Source: Octopus vulgaris
Lineage: Eukaryota
Direction of reading: 5' to 3'
Length of the DNA: 64,000 nt
Assembly: GCA_951406725.2 (NCBI GenBank)
Contig: OX597821.1
Location: 115,258,001 to 115,322,000 of the forward strand
The notes below the pieces were generated by a model. The model was given only the letters and a program-made list of their open reading frames with translations. It had not been told where the DNA came from and made no database searches. Below, in pieces: positions 12,058 through 27,400 of this stretch (the first letter of the stretch is position 1; every line of letters starts with the position of its first letter). Position numbers and translations under genes: made by a program.

Positions 12058-13054
12058 GGGAGAGTTTACGAAAAAACAAAAGACGAAGACATGTGGTGTA
12101 CAAAAACAGATGTATTAGTATAACGCTCAGGAATAGAAAAAGTATATATGTATATTTAGGGCTAAAAAATCCACTAGGTGGATAGTCATATGCTAGAAGA
12201 AGATCACATACGATCTAACTACAAAGAAAGAATGTTCTCCAGAGAAAATTCAGCAAACACCAGAACACTGACAGGCAAGATATACACATGTATTGAAATT
12301 TTTTCTGATTTTTCAGATTTTTTATGTGCTAGGCTACTGGTTTTAAATTGATATTAAATAAATTAATATTCAATTTATCTCCCTCATTATTTAAATGTTA
12401 TATATATATGTACAATATTGTCATCATCATCATTGTTTAATGTCTGTTTTCTGTGCTGGCACGAGCTGTCCAGATTCCAGTTGTCTGTTGTGCCATGTTT
12501 TCTATAACTGGATGCCCTTCTTAATGCCAACCATTTTACAGAGTGTGCTAAGCGCTTTTTAATGTGCCACTGGCATGGGTGCATTTACACAGCACCAGCA
12601 TGAGCGAAAACACCTAAAGCTCCACGAGGCTCTGGCAGGGGGTGGTGGTGACCCCTGTTGTACTCTTTCGCTCCAACTTTCTCTCACTCTTTCTTCCTGT
12701 TTCTTGTCCCCGACTTCCTACGCAACTGCTGAGCCTGGATGCGCATTCATCCATCCGTTGATGCTCTCGGTGTCGAGGGTTGACCTGCTTTCTCTTCTGC
12801 AGGTCTTATGAATAGCAAAGGACCACATTTCGGACTTCTCCCACTCTGGGACGAAGACCACTTCGCTCAACAAACAAACAAACAAGCAAATAGCACCAGT
12901 GGCACCAGCTCCTGTAAAGGACAAGCCTGTATGTATGGATGGCAGCGACTTTACTTAGGTTGATGCGTCTTTTCAAGTACAGCAAATCACCACAACTCCA
13001 GGTCCCTTGTTATTTCCTCATATATATATATGTGTGTGTGTGTGTGTGTATAGA

Positions 13055-13262
13055 CGTCCTGAGATGGGAGGAGATTGCAAATGATCGCCCACACTGGAGG
13101 TAAACACTGCGAAAAAGAACGAAAAGAACGAAAAGTACACAGAAGGAAAAATCAGCAGCACTAGCAGAGAACTCCTTCAAATGCAATCACTGTATGTGTG
13201 ACTGCCACTCCTGTGTGAACCAGTCCAGCCACAACAGACGCTGCACCACCATCAGCAGCTGA
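13055..13262 (+). mobile_element. RTE-clade LINE C-terminal remnant
   Basis: WEEIANDRPHWR...FKCNHCMCDCHS...SHNRRC, like the RTE/BovB C-terminal zinc-finger segment. Confidence 0.6.
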
Positions 13263-13519
13263 CACCAATTGTCTTTTGGTATTAATATTACTTCCATTGT
13301 TTATATATAATACAATTGTCACTAAATGTGACTCGGGTGTTAGAACGCCTGGGTTGCGAGAATAAAGAGCTCTTATTTCTAGCAATGTAGGTGTTCCAAC
13401 AGCCTAGTCACATTTAGTGACAACCATAGTTTTTCTTTTTGGTAAAACATTGCGCACAGCTTTCTATATTAAATCAAAATATCATCATCATTGTTTAATG
13501 TCCATTTTCTATGCTAGCA

Positions 13520-13571
<52 letters not shown>

Positions 13572-13573
<2 letters not shown>

Positions 13574-13758
13574 CCGCGTGTGTATCGTTGGCGATTTTCT
13601 TTCTCCCTCTTCCCTTCCTTGGACTTTTCCTTTTTCTATGTTTCTGATGAAGAGCTCCGCTCGAAATGTAAAACCTTCCTTCCTGAGTGTCCAATAATAC
13701 TATATTTGTTCTACGTCCTCGCGTTGTTGTGTTTTCTCTTTGTGTTTTCATGCTTTGA

Positions 13759-13762
<4 letters not shown>
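13572..13762 (+). mobile_element. Penelope-like terminal remnant between (TA)n tracts
   Basis: Contains a hammerhead motif; related reverse-oriented pieces at ~12057-12143 and ~30333-30425. Confidence 0.55.
13640..13674 (+). ncRNA. Minimal type I hammerhead ribozyme motif
   Basis: GUUU-CUGAUGA-A-GAGC(UCC)GCUC-GAAA-U-GUA-AAAC: stem I GUUU/AAAC, stem II GAGC/GCUC, GUA cleavage triplet. Confidence 0.7.
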
Positions 13763-13791
<29 letters not shown>

Positions 13792-13831
13792 GATAGATAG
13801 ATACATGAATACATACATGCATACATACACA

Positions 13832-14031
13832 CATGAGGAAACACTGAAAAGTTCCAGGCTTTAAGAGTATTATGAATGGCTTGGTTGGAGGCCCAACCTT
13901 CTGAGTTCTTTTACAGGGTTTAGAAAAACTGAAGGACCGCTGCTATAAGCATGTGAATCTGAGAGGGGAATATGTTGAATAAAGTCATTTTCTTTTACCC
14001 AAAGCCAAGAACTTTTCGGTACCCCCTCATA
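13832..14031 (+). mobile_element. Mariner-derived MITE
   Basis: TIRs catgaggaaacactgaaaagttccaggct / agccaagaacttttcggtaccccctcata; interior GLEKLKDRCYKHVNLRGEYVE*. Confidence 0.7.
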
Positions 14032-14983
14032 TATACAGGTGCAGACATGACTGTGGTTAAGAAGTTCTCTTTGCAACCATGTATTTTTGGGTTCAGTATC
14101 CATGCATGGCACCATGGGCAAGTGTTTTCTACTATAGCCTTCTGGATGAATTTGGTAGAATCATTCAGTTTCAAGCAATTTGGTAGAATCATTCAGTTTC
14201 AGCTGAGTGCTGGCTTTGCCACATTTGAAGACATCTGGAATAAGTGCTACCTTGCTTGATAAGCAGCTGAAGGTTAGTGGCAGGAAAAGCATCCAGCTGT
14301 AAAAATGTCTCAATAATGTACTCATCTGACTCATGCTGGCATAGAAAAAATAAATGTGAAACTAAATGAACATAACAAGGACAGTTTTGTACAAGAAGAC
14401 CAAAGATGGTTTCAAATAGAATGGTACCAGAAGAGTATAATGATTAATCCAAATATGTCTGTAATTTATGAAACAGATTGGAACATTGTAATATTAATTG
14501 GGCTCCCCACCCTCCCTGTATCCCCCCCCCCCCATTATAGAAGGTAAGGTTGGGATATCAGCCACATCAATCTTAGAGAGGATGCAAAGGTCAGGTGCAC
14601 TGCTTCTCAATTTCTCGTTAACTCATAAAATAATTTAAGAGAAAAAATACAGCAAGCTATAATTAATTTACCTTTGCATATTTCCCCTGCTCTTCTAACT
14701 AATATTAAATTTGAAATTGTTTTCGAGGCAGACTATTTTATTTCAAAGTCAGTTTTAATTAATTGCCACTGACTTAATAAATTTTAAAGAAAGAGCATTT
14801 TAATTTAAAGGGAAAATATGCTTTTGTCTTTAACCAGCAATGTATCCTTGTGTGTGTGTGTGTGTGTATGTTTGTGTATGTCCGTGTGGTTGTGTGTGTT
14901 GAAATACATATAAGATCTGCTTTTTTGTCTTCCTTTCTCCTTCTTGTTTTACTGACATATTTCTATTTTACTACCATCATATG

Positions 14984-15020
<37 letters not shown>

Positions 15021-16796
15021 AAATAAAAATGATAGTGTCAAATTTTGCCACAAAGGCAGCCATTTTGAGGCGGGGCAGGAAGTGTTGATTACATCGCTCC
15101 CAGTGTTCAACTGGTCCTTAATTTATTGACCCGGAATGGATGAAAGACAAAGTCAACTTTGATGGAATTTAAACTCAGAACATAGCCACAGACGAAATAT
15201 CGCTAAGCATTTCACCCAGCGTGCTAATGTTTCTGCCAGCTTGCTGCCTTATTCTATAGAAATATTCTTTTGTACTTCAGGCACAAGGCCCAAAATTTTG
15301 GGGGAGAGGGCCAGTCAATTAGATTGACCCCAGTATGCAACTGGTACTTAATTTATCGATCCCAAAAGGATGAAAGGCAAAGTCGACCTTAGTAGAATTT
15401 GAACTCAGAACATAAAGACAGACAAAATGCCGCTAACCATTTTTCTGAGCATGCTGACAATTCTGTCCACTTACTTCCTTCTTAATTATAATAATGGTTT
15501 CAAATTTTGGCAGAAGACTAGGAATTTAGGAGCCAAGTCAATTAACTTGACCCCCAGTATTTGATTGGTGTCTATTTTATCAACACTGAAAGGATAAAGT
15601 TGACCTTGGCAGAATTTGAACTCAGAATGTAAAGAAGAAATGCTAAGTATTTTGTCTAACATGCTAACGACTCTGCCAGCTCATTGCTCTTTGATGATAA
15701 CAATTATTATTTCTACTCTAAGCACATCATCATCATCATCATTGTTGTTTAACGTCTGCTTTCCATGCTGGCATGGGTTGGACAGTTTGACTAAGGACAA
15801 GCTGGAAGGCTGCACCAAGGTTCCAGTCTGATTTGGCAAGGTTTCTACAGCTGGATGCCCTTCCTAACACCAACCATGCCGAGAGTGTAGTGGGTGCTTT
15901 TTATGTGCCACTGGCACAGGAGTCATTCAGGTGGCACTGGCATTGACCATGCTTGAATGGTGCTTTTTATGCTCTACCAGCACAGATGCCAGTCAGGAGG
16001 CACTGGCATCAGTCATGCTTGAATGGTGCTTTTTACATGCCACCAGCACAGGTGCCAGTCAGGCAGCACTGAAATTTCAGAAGTCTGATTGATTACATTG
16101 ACCCCATTGTGCAGCTGATACTTATTTCATTGATCCCCAAAAGGATGAAATGCAAAGTTGATCTCAGTGGGATTTGAACTCAGAACATTAAGAGCACCCC
16201 ACCAAAAAAATAATGCCATCAAGCATCTTGTCCAATAACAGTTTCAGATATTAGCATGAAAGCCTATTTCAACAGAAGTTTAGTAAAAAAAAAAAAAAAG
16301 GGTTCAATGCTAATAAGTTGTAGGGTTACAGGTTCACAAGAACCTGGCTTTGGCTGCTTAGAATAAAGAACTTGTTGCTGGGGCTGAGTGGCAAAAATTT
16401 AGTGAATTCTTGGTTTTTAATAAAACTTAAGCATCATTAGAGTTATTGGCATCAACTGTAGCTCTTCAGCTGTCTGAAATTATAGAACCAAAATAATGGT
16501 ACTTGTGGCCTGTGTCTACAAGAAATAGATATAATCACTGTTATTGGTGAAATATTATACCATTCTTAACTAAAGAAGGCTGAGAGCTTAGAAAAAAAGT
16601 GTCGGTTAGCTACCTAAAGATTTTCATCCTTCTTATCTTTCTCTCTTTGGGTCACTTCTGGTCCAAACTTATCTGAGATAACCGACCGATTTCCTTTCTA
16701 GAATCTCCTTTCAGCTACTTCAAAACTTAAGTATTCACACCTTTTCTTTTCTTTTTTTTTTTATTTAGATAAATATAAGTAGCATGCATATTTTCA

Positions 16797-16834
<38 letters not shown>

Positions 16835-17623
16835 CATCATCATTAATAGTAGTAATATTATCATAGCCATCATCAGCTTCTGCCTGTGAATTGCATGCCA
16901 TTATTTTCTTTGAAAAGAACACTTTATCTCTCTTTGATTGATTGGTGCCGTTATCACAGTTTCTTTTTGATCTGGAATTGGTAAACAATACTTGAACAGC
17001 CCAATTTTATTCTTCTACAAAATCGATAATAATAATAATAATAATAATAATGATGATGATGCTGATGATAGGCTTTAGCAAATACAAGAATTTGACTGTG
17101 GTACTACTTCTAGAATATTAAACAAGAATTCTTCTTTAGCATTTTTAAAGAGATTTTAAAAATTTCTCTGAAGAACTCTTTCTACATATGTGTACTGTTT
17201 AGACTTTATTGATTGTGTATACTGTGTTGGCACTGCAACATTTGTCTGCAGGGATTCTCAAATAGTTTTGGTCCACCAGTTTGTTGAGTCTCGTACATTG
17301 ACCCTCTTACATAAAAGCATGGCATGAAAAATGAGGCGGCGGCGGTGGAGTGGGTGTTGGGTGTTTACACAACCCTGTAAAATATGAATAATAATAAGGG
17401 ACATTTTTCAGAGAGTTTTAAGAGATCTAATCTGCCCGTAAGAAGACATTTACTAATAATATGCCTCATTTGATCCTTTTCCTGTCTAAAACATTTTCAT
17501 AAATTCTCCTAAACAGCCATACTTGTTTTCAGACTTTCAGTTAATCCTTGTTTCATACATTCTGAGTTAAAATAAATTTTTCCTCTTCCTTAAAACTGCT
17601 GGATTAGTGTCAAAATTTGAAAA

Positions 17624-17663
<40 letters not shown>

Positions 17664-17837
17664 ATTATTAAGGTCGACTTTGCCTTTCATCTTTTGGTTT
17701 TGGGGTCAATAGATTGAGTACCAATGAAACACTGGGGTTGATGTAATCGACTAACGCCCTCCCCACAAATTTCAGGCCTTGTACCTATAATAGAAAGGAT
17801 TATTATTATTATTATCATTATTATTATTATTATTACT

Positions 17838-17873
<36 letters not shown>

Positions 17874-17889
17874 ATTATTGTTATTATTC

Positions 17890-18207
<318 letters not shown>

Positions 18208-18244
18208 CCCACTAAAATACAAATATACAAATCTTGTATTTTGA

Positions 18245-18690
18245 GCACACTTTTGTACGAGGCAGAAGCATGGACTCCCTGCTACAGACATTTAAAGAAA
18301 CTTGAAACCTCTCACATGTGCTGTCTGTGCAATATCTGCAACACAAAACGGCAAGATATCAAATGTCAAAATCTTAGAAAAATATGATACCTCCAGTATC
18401 CAAAGCATGCTGATGAGAATTCAGTGCAGATGAGTAGGACATGTTGTTCGAATGAAAAGTGACTGCATTCCAAAAGTTCTTTTGTATGGCCAACAAGTGG
18501 AGGGATATTGTGGCAGAGGAAGACCTGTCCTTTCGTATAAGTTGAAGAAATCACTAAAATCTCTAAAGTTTAACTTGACATCTTGGGAAAGTCATTGCCT
18601 AAATTGATCTGAGTGGCATAAAATGTGTCACGATGCATGCAAGCAATTTGTGCTGAAGAAAAAGAACATTAGAAAAACTAGAACCTTGCA
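18245..18690 (+). mobile_element. Decayed RTE-clade LINE fragment
   Basis: Interrupted frames reading SIQSMLMRIQCR*VGHVVRM..IPKVLLYG..RGRP, the RTE post-RT motif. Confidence 0.6.
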
Positions 18691-19249
18691 ATCGCAGGCA
18701 AAATGAAAATCCTCATTGACCCCATTGTGACTTCATAGCAAAATCCATTCCTGGATTCAAATTACATTCATGCATCCATCACAAACAGATGCCGTTTCTC
18801 AGTGTTTTTTTTTCTTTCTATTACTTTCTCTAACTTTAAATCCTCTCCTTCAAACACTTATACATCAAAATTGATGGGAGCAACCACCATCATCAGCATT
18901 ATTATTATTATTATTATTATCATTATTATTATTATTATTATTATCATTGTTATTGTTATTGTTATTATTATTGTCATTGTTATTATTATTATTATTATTA
19001 TTGTTATTATTATTATCATTATTATTAGCTCCATCTCAGCGAAGGTGGAGGTATTGTTTACAGTTGTGTTTGTTTGTTTGTCTGTGGACAAGATATCTCA
19101 AGAATTGCTGAATGAATTTGGATGAAACTTTCAGGAATGTTTGGCCTCACGACTAGCACAAACTGATTAGATTTTGGTTTAACACAGTGTAGCTAAAAAA
19201 TGCACCAGATTCTTTAGTCAGCTGTCAAGTCACAACAAGGACCTCAGAC

Positions 19250-19822
19250 TGATAACACTTTCCTGAAGATGTGCGCTGTGCCCAATAAGGGCTGCTTTTT
19301 GCAAGACATCAATCTTACATGGAATTTCCAGCTGCCTTAAGAAGTCTTGAAGTTTCAATGGCATTAAGCCCAAGACTCCAATCACCACTGGTATCATTTT
19401 TACATTACCCTTTCACATTCCATACAGTCTTGTCATTTCCACTTTCAATTCAGAGTACTTGGTGATTTTTTCAACCTCTTTACTCACAGAATTCATGTCA
19501 TTTGCTATGGCTACATCAATGATCTGACAGTATTTGTCTCTATTATTCAATATGATGATATCCGGCCAACGGTGTTCAATTACACAATCCGCCTGAAAAT
19601 CATAGTCCCAGAGTATCTTTACTTTTCCATCTTCCTGCATAACTTTACTTTGTACATGCTCATACCAGTTCTCTGTTACTTCATATTAATATTTACAGCA
19701 TAAGAGCCAATGAAGATACACACACACACACACTTTATTGTGGCAGCGCTTGTATTCTTTTTGCACAAGGCTCTCACATTCACTTACCAAGTGGGTCACA
19801 CTCTTTCCACAAAGTCTGCATT
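19250..19822 (-). mobile_element. R4/Dong LINE zinc-knuckle plus restriction-like endonuclease fragment
   Basis: CRLC..VTHLVSEC..YKRCHNKV, ILWDYDFQAD..IEHRWPDIII..IIDVAI..EKITKYSEL, LLGTAHIFRK. Confidence 0.85.
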
Positions 19823-21109
19823 ATTATTAGAGCGCAATCGTTACCAGCGTCGCCTTACTGGCACTCGAGTCCTGTGCTAGAAGGGTATTAAGAGCACCAT
19901 CCGAGCGTGATCGTTGCCAGAGCGGCTATCTGGCCTTCGTGCCGATGGCATGTAAAAGCACCCACTACGCTCTCGGAGTGGTTGGCGTTAGGAAGGGCAT
20001 CCAGCTGTAGAAACACTGCCAGATCAAGATTGGAGCCTGCTGCAGCCATCTGGTTTGCCAGCCCTCAGTCATTCGTTCAACCCATGCTAGCATGGAAAGT
20101 GGATGTTAAACGATGATTATTATTATTATTGTTATTATTATTATTATTATTGCATAGAGATTATATAAATACCCAGTGTACCATAGCAGTTATCTGTATT
20201 GATTGTCCACTTCTGCATATTTTTTTTTCTCTTAATCATTCCAATTTTAAAGCATATTTACCAAGTGTGTGTCATTAGGAAGATCAATGATTATTATCAA
20301 ATCTGAAGCAGATTAACTAATTTTCATATTAACCGAGCAACCATAATTGCACATGATGCAGGCCTCACATTTGCAGAAACCTCTTCCAAAATGTTTCGTG
20401 GCTGTGAGGTCAAGTAGCTCCCTTTGGAACACTTGATGTTTGGGTTCAATCCCACTCTGCAGCATCTTGGGTCAGTGTCTTCTGCAATAACCTCAGGTTA
20501 AATAATGCCTTGTGAGTGAATTTGGCCGGTGGAAACTGTGTGAAAACCCATTGTGTGTGCATGTGTGTCCTTCAAATATACAATTGGATTTGTAGAAATA
20601 ATTTCCTTTTCAAGGGAAACCATTAGCAACTGGCTTTTTCCCTCCGCCTCCTTTTATATTAGCTGATAAATCTAACTATCCCCCCACCCGCCCACATACA
20701 CATACATACATGTCCTTCAAATATGCAGCTGGATAAGTTAGCAACAATTATGAGTCAATAAAACAGCCAGGTTTTTCAAATTAAGGCTTCCTTTTCTGTG
20801 GTCTTTATTGTAAAATATACACCAATGGATAATTAATATCATATTCCCTCTGTATGCAGAGAGAGAGTATGTGTGGCTCTGACTGCACCATAGCTCAATG
20901 AGTTCTGTCACTTACTTCAAATAAAGTGTTGAAAATATTTCTTTATAGGCCTAGGAGTGGTTGTGTGGTAAGTAGCTTGCTTACTAACCACATGGTTCTG
21001 GGTTCAGTCCCACTGCATGGCACTTTGGGCAAGTATCTTCTACTATAGCCTCAGGCCAACCAAAGCATTGTGAGTGGATTTGCTAGACTGAAACTGAAAG
21101 AAGCCCATT

Positions 21110-22015
<906 letters not shown>

Positions 22016-22521
22016 GTACATGTGTGTATTATGTTTGTGTATCTGTATTTGTCCACCCAACATCACTTGACAACCAATGCTGGTGTATTTACATCCCCGT
22101 AACTTAGCAGTTTGGCAAAAGAGACCGATAGAATAAGTACTAGGCCTACAAAGAATAAGTCCTGTGGTCGATTTGCTCGACTAAAGGCGGTGCTCCAGCA
22201 TGGCCACAGTCAAATGACTGAAACAAGTAAAAGAGTTTCCTCTTGTCTGAAAGATTCCACTTTCTGCCCATAAGACAAATTTATCCAAACTCACAAACTT
22301 CTCTCTGATATTTTCACTGACACAAACCAACATCACTGCCAGACTCTCCAAACTCCAACTTATACCCTTTGTTCAACCAAACCAAGACAAACCCATCCAA
22401 CCCTTAATTATATTTTGTGAACATCTTCAGGTCTGTTATCAACTAATCTAGTAATGTTCTCGTGCTGTATATCTGTTTGTTGTCATATATTTATATGTGT
22501 GTGTGCTTATGTGCATATACC

Positions 22522-22592
<71 letters not shown>

Positions 22593-22747
22593 ACACTCTC
22601 GGAGTGGTTGGTGTTAGGAAGAGCATCCAGCTGTCGAAACACTGCCAGATCTGAGTGGAGCCTGATGCAGCCTCCTGGTTCCCAGACCCCAGTCAAACCG
22701 TCCAACCTGTGCCAGCATGGAAAATGGATGTTAAACAATGATGATGA

Positions 22748-22820
<73 letters not shown>

Positions 22821-22852
22821 TAGACACACATGCACATGTGTGTGTGTGTGTG

Positions 22853-22929
<77 letters not shown>

Positions 22930-23410
22930 CACATGTATGTAAGTGGGCAAATGACAGAAAAAGGCGTTCAGCACATTTAACAAGAGTTACATTTATTATT
23001 GTTTAATAATATTTAATAATAATATTTAATAATTATTGTTTAAAACAGTTTGAATTGACCCCATGCAGCTTAAAGTTTCATAGGCATCTAACAGAGACTT
23101 GGCTCATTTAAACATAGATTACTCATAATCTGAACTTCGAACGAGATAGGTTTCTGTTAGAATGTTGCAAAACTTTAAGTTACATGGGATAAAATCAAAC
23201 TGTTTTAAGTGATAATTTATGTGTGTGTGTGTGTGTATGTGTGTGCTTACATACAACACATGTAAGCACGTCTGTCCTCCTCTTCAGATTATTTCAGTAT
23301 TTTCTTCTCAGGGGAACCTTTAAATATCATTATTTCTTATACATTTTTTTTTGTTTTGTTTGTTTTTAGTTCAACGTTCACTTCTATTAAAATGTACACA
23401 TTTCAATAGA

Positions 23411-23461
<51 letters not shown>

Positions 23462-23512
23462 GGGGAGAGAGAGAGAGAAAAAAGAGTTCTATATTGATAT
23501 TTTATATGTATG

Positions 23513-23545
<33 letters not shown>

Positions 23546-23605
23546 TATATATATATATATTATATGTATATATATATTATGTGTGTGTATATATATATTT
23601 ATATT

Positions 23606-23648
<43 letters not shown>

Positions 23649-24375
23649 CTTTATCACTAAATTCAAATGTCACTTTTCATAAACTTTTCTCCATAACATT
23701 TCTTCTACTTCCTGCTGACTTATGAAACTGAGATAAACTTGGTTGTTGTTGCTGCTGTTGTTGTTGTTGTTGTTGTTGTATATGCTACAACAACCACAAC
23801 CCTCACCCTCAGTGCCATTGTTGTTACCACCACCAACACCATCATGATGAGCCTTTTTTGGGATTTTGTTATATTGATTTTCCTTTTGACTTGCTACTTT
23901 TGATAATTTTCTTAGACATACCACCAGAATACACAATGTGTGTGTTTCTGTGTGTGTGTGTGTGCGTGCAATGTACATTTATATCATCTATATTTCTATG
24001 TGTGTATGTACACAAACACAAATACATGTATATACATGTAGCAAAACATGACCATGCAGATGACCCAAGGTTTTATGTTTATTAATGCAGATGACAGCCA
24101 GCTTATATATATATATATATATATATTTCTTTACTACCCACAAGGGGCTAAACATAGAGGAGACAAACAAGGACAGACAAAGGGATTAAGTCGATTACAT
24201 TGACCCCAGTGCGTAACTGGTACTTAATTTATCGACCCCAAAAGGATGAAAGGCAAAGTCGACCTCGGCGGAATTTGAACTCAGACCGTAACAACAGACG
24301 AAATATGGCTACACATTTCGCCCAACGTGCTAATGTTTCTGCCGGCTCGCCGCCTTTTTTTCAGTTTATATATAT

Positions 24376-24421
<46 letters not shown>

Positions 24422-27400
24422 ACATGCGCATATGTATACCCAAATGCACATATTTATACACGCATATACACTGGGACTCCGTCAGTAATGATGATGAGTC
24501 TTCCAGTTGATCTGATCATTGGAACATGCTGCAAGGAATTGAACTCGTGACCTTACGATCATGAGCTGAATACCCTAACCACTAAGCCACAGGCCGTCAC
24601 TACACACATACAGACACATATGTAATGATGGATCATTGGAATGTGTGAAGTGGCTGAGTATTCCTCAGACACGACTACCTTTAACATAATCCTCAAGTCA
24701 AATTAGTGGAGTCACTAGGGCATCAGACAGAAGGCCTAGTGGCATTTGATCCACCCCTTCAAATTCTGAGTTCAAATTTCACCATGGCCTACATGTGTGA
24801 TGGACTTGATCCATCGCCCAGCTTTAACATCACCACCAAGTGCCTATTTTGGTACAGACTTGGCTTTGTGGTAAGAAGCTTGATTCCCAACCAAATGCTT
24901 CGCGGTTCAGTTCCACTGCGAGGTACTTTGGGCAAGTGTTTTCTACTATAGCCTTGGGCAGACCAAAGCTTTGTGAGTAGATTTGGTAGATGGAAACTAA
25001 AAGAAGCTCATCACGTGTGTGTGTGTGTGTGTGTGTCTTTGTATCTACATTTGTCCCCCTGCCACCACTTGATAACCACTGTTGGTGTGTTTATGTCCCC
25101 ATAACTTTGTGATTCAGCAACATAGACCAACAGAATAAATACTGGGATCAATTCATATGACCAAAACTTCTCCATGACAGTGCCCCAGAATGGTCACTGA
25201 CTAATGATAGATTATTGATTTTACTCTTTATTCAGAGTTGTGGTGGTTTTTCATTTATCTCCATAACTGGAGGTTTCTGCCTTATTTTCTCTTGTTAGCA
25301 GCTTTTCACTAGAATTGATACTCAGAGGTTCTCTATGTTTTTATCTTTTACTAATGTCTATCACTGGATGGCAGCCATGCTGGAGCACTGCCTTGAAGGG
25401 TTTTGTAGTTGAATGTTTCAACCCCAGTATCTCTTTTGTTTTGCCAAACCAATATGTTATGGGGATGTAAATAAACCAACCCCAGTTGTCAAGTTGTGAT
25501 GGGAGACAAACACTCACGCAGCTACATACATACAATCATATATATTTGTATATATGATGGGCTTCCTTTAGTTTTATCTTCCATATCCACTCACAGTACT
25601 TTGGTTGGCCCAGGGCTACAGTAGAAAATTCTTGCCATGCAGTAGGACTGAACACAGGACCACATGGTTAGGAAGCAAACTTCTAACCACAGAGCCACAC
25701 CTGTGCATACTAAACTTTATATATTTGTACAAGAACTCATGAAAAATTGCAAAAGCAAATTTATTGTTATGTCTAAAAATTACCGTTTTCCACTTCTAGA
25801 AATTTTCACCGTTCTACTCCCCCACTTCTACTCAAAGACCTCTGCTTAGTTGTCTTCTTTATCACATCTATCTCCGTTTTTATACTAATTCCCAAATGAA
25901 GTTGTTTGATCTTTTTATTTATTTATTTTTTTTTTTACCGTTTTGCTTAGTTTTCCATTGAGATAGACATCTTTGAAATATCAGTAAATATTAGTTTGCT
26001 TTTTTTCTCTTCTTTCCCTTGCCTCTAAGATAACACCCTCAGTTTCTTTTGAATTATTGACAAAATGGTGAAGAAGATTTCTTCAGAATATTTAACTGCG
26101 CTTATGTCTGTAAGCATAGAATAAATATCGGTTAGATTTTACTACTGTTAGTAGGATGTTAACGCTAACCAGAATTGTGGTGGTTTTTCATTTATCTCCA
26201 TAACTAGAGGTTTGTGCCTTATTTTCTCTTCTTAGCAGCTTTTCGCTAGAATTGATACTCAGAGGTTGCCTCTAAGATAACACCCTCAGTTTCTTTTGAA
26301 TTATTGACAAAACGGTGAAGAAGATTTCTTCAGAATATTTAACTGCGCTTATGTCTGTAAGCATAGAATAAACACATCCTATGAGCTACTTAAACATATT
26401 AAATAATTAATTTGGGAATGGCTGTGTGGTAAGAAACTTGCTTTCCAACCACATGCTTCTGGAATCAGTTCCACTATATGGCACCCAGGACAAGTACCTT
26501 TTACTATAACCTTGGGCAACCAAACCCTTGCGTGTGGATATGATAGGTGGAAACTGAAAAAAGTCTGTCATACATACATACTTACAGAGATTATACTGTA
26601 TATTTAATTTCAATCTGTCCTAAACATGTTTCTGCTGCATGGATGATATCTTACAATGTGGTCTTTATTTGCATCCAGTTCATCTGGTTAAAGATGAGTC
26701 TATACAGCTTTATTCAAAGTGATACACACTATTGTAGTTTGAAGTGAACTTAAATTATGTTGGTTCAAGTGGTATCATATTTGGTAGGGAACGGTACTGT
26801 TTGAGGGCAAAGAATTAAAGAGCAACATTTAGCATCCTGATACAGCTATAAAAATGGTTATCAGGATGACCCTAAGGTTTGAAATTCAAGTCCTGAATAC
26901 CAGACCCTAAACTGGGTCACAGTATATTTTGTCCACTGGCCTTAATGGAAGTAAAAAGGAAAATATTACAGAGACAGATGTGTACAATTAAGGGTCACAA
27001 AATGAAATGGAATTTAAGTTTGGAAAACCATCCTCCAAGATAAAGAATATAGAACAAACAGTTATTTCATATGTGAAGTTTTACATATGAAGAATACTTG
27101 GAGAAGGATTACTACAAGAACAGAGACAAACTAGATCTTGCACTAATATTTACCATGCAAACTCTGGCATCACCGATTCCTGTGGTATTTACTCCATTAA
27201 GAATCTTTCCTAGTGATATATTTGCATGATGTTTTGTGTATGTACGCATGTTTTAGGGCAGATTCCTTAATGCTATTTAATAACGGGTATTTAAGCATGT
27301 AAACAGAATATTTCTTCCAGGCATAAATGGCATCTCTTACCGCTAATGACATGTGTTTGCCCCACCCATAATTTCACATGGCACAAGCTTAAGTGGGTCT

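Noticed and set aside
25330-26020. A'B' copy as a spliced retrocopy
   Set aside because: The removed segment lacks GT-AG boundaries on either strand.
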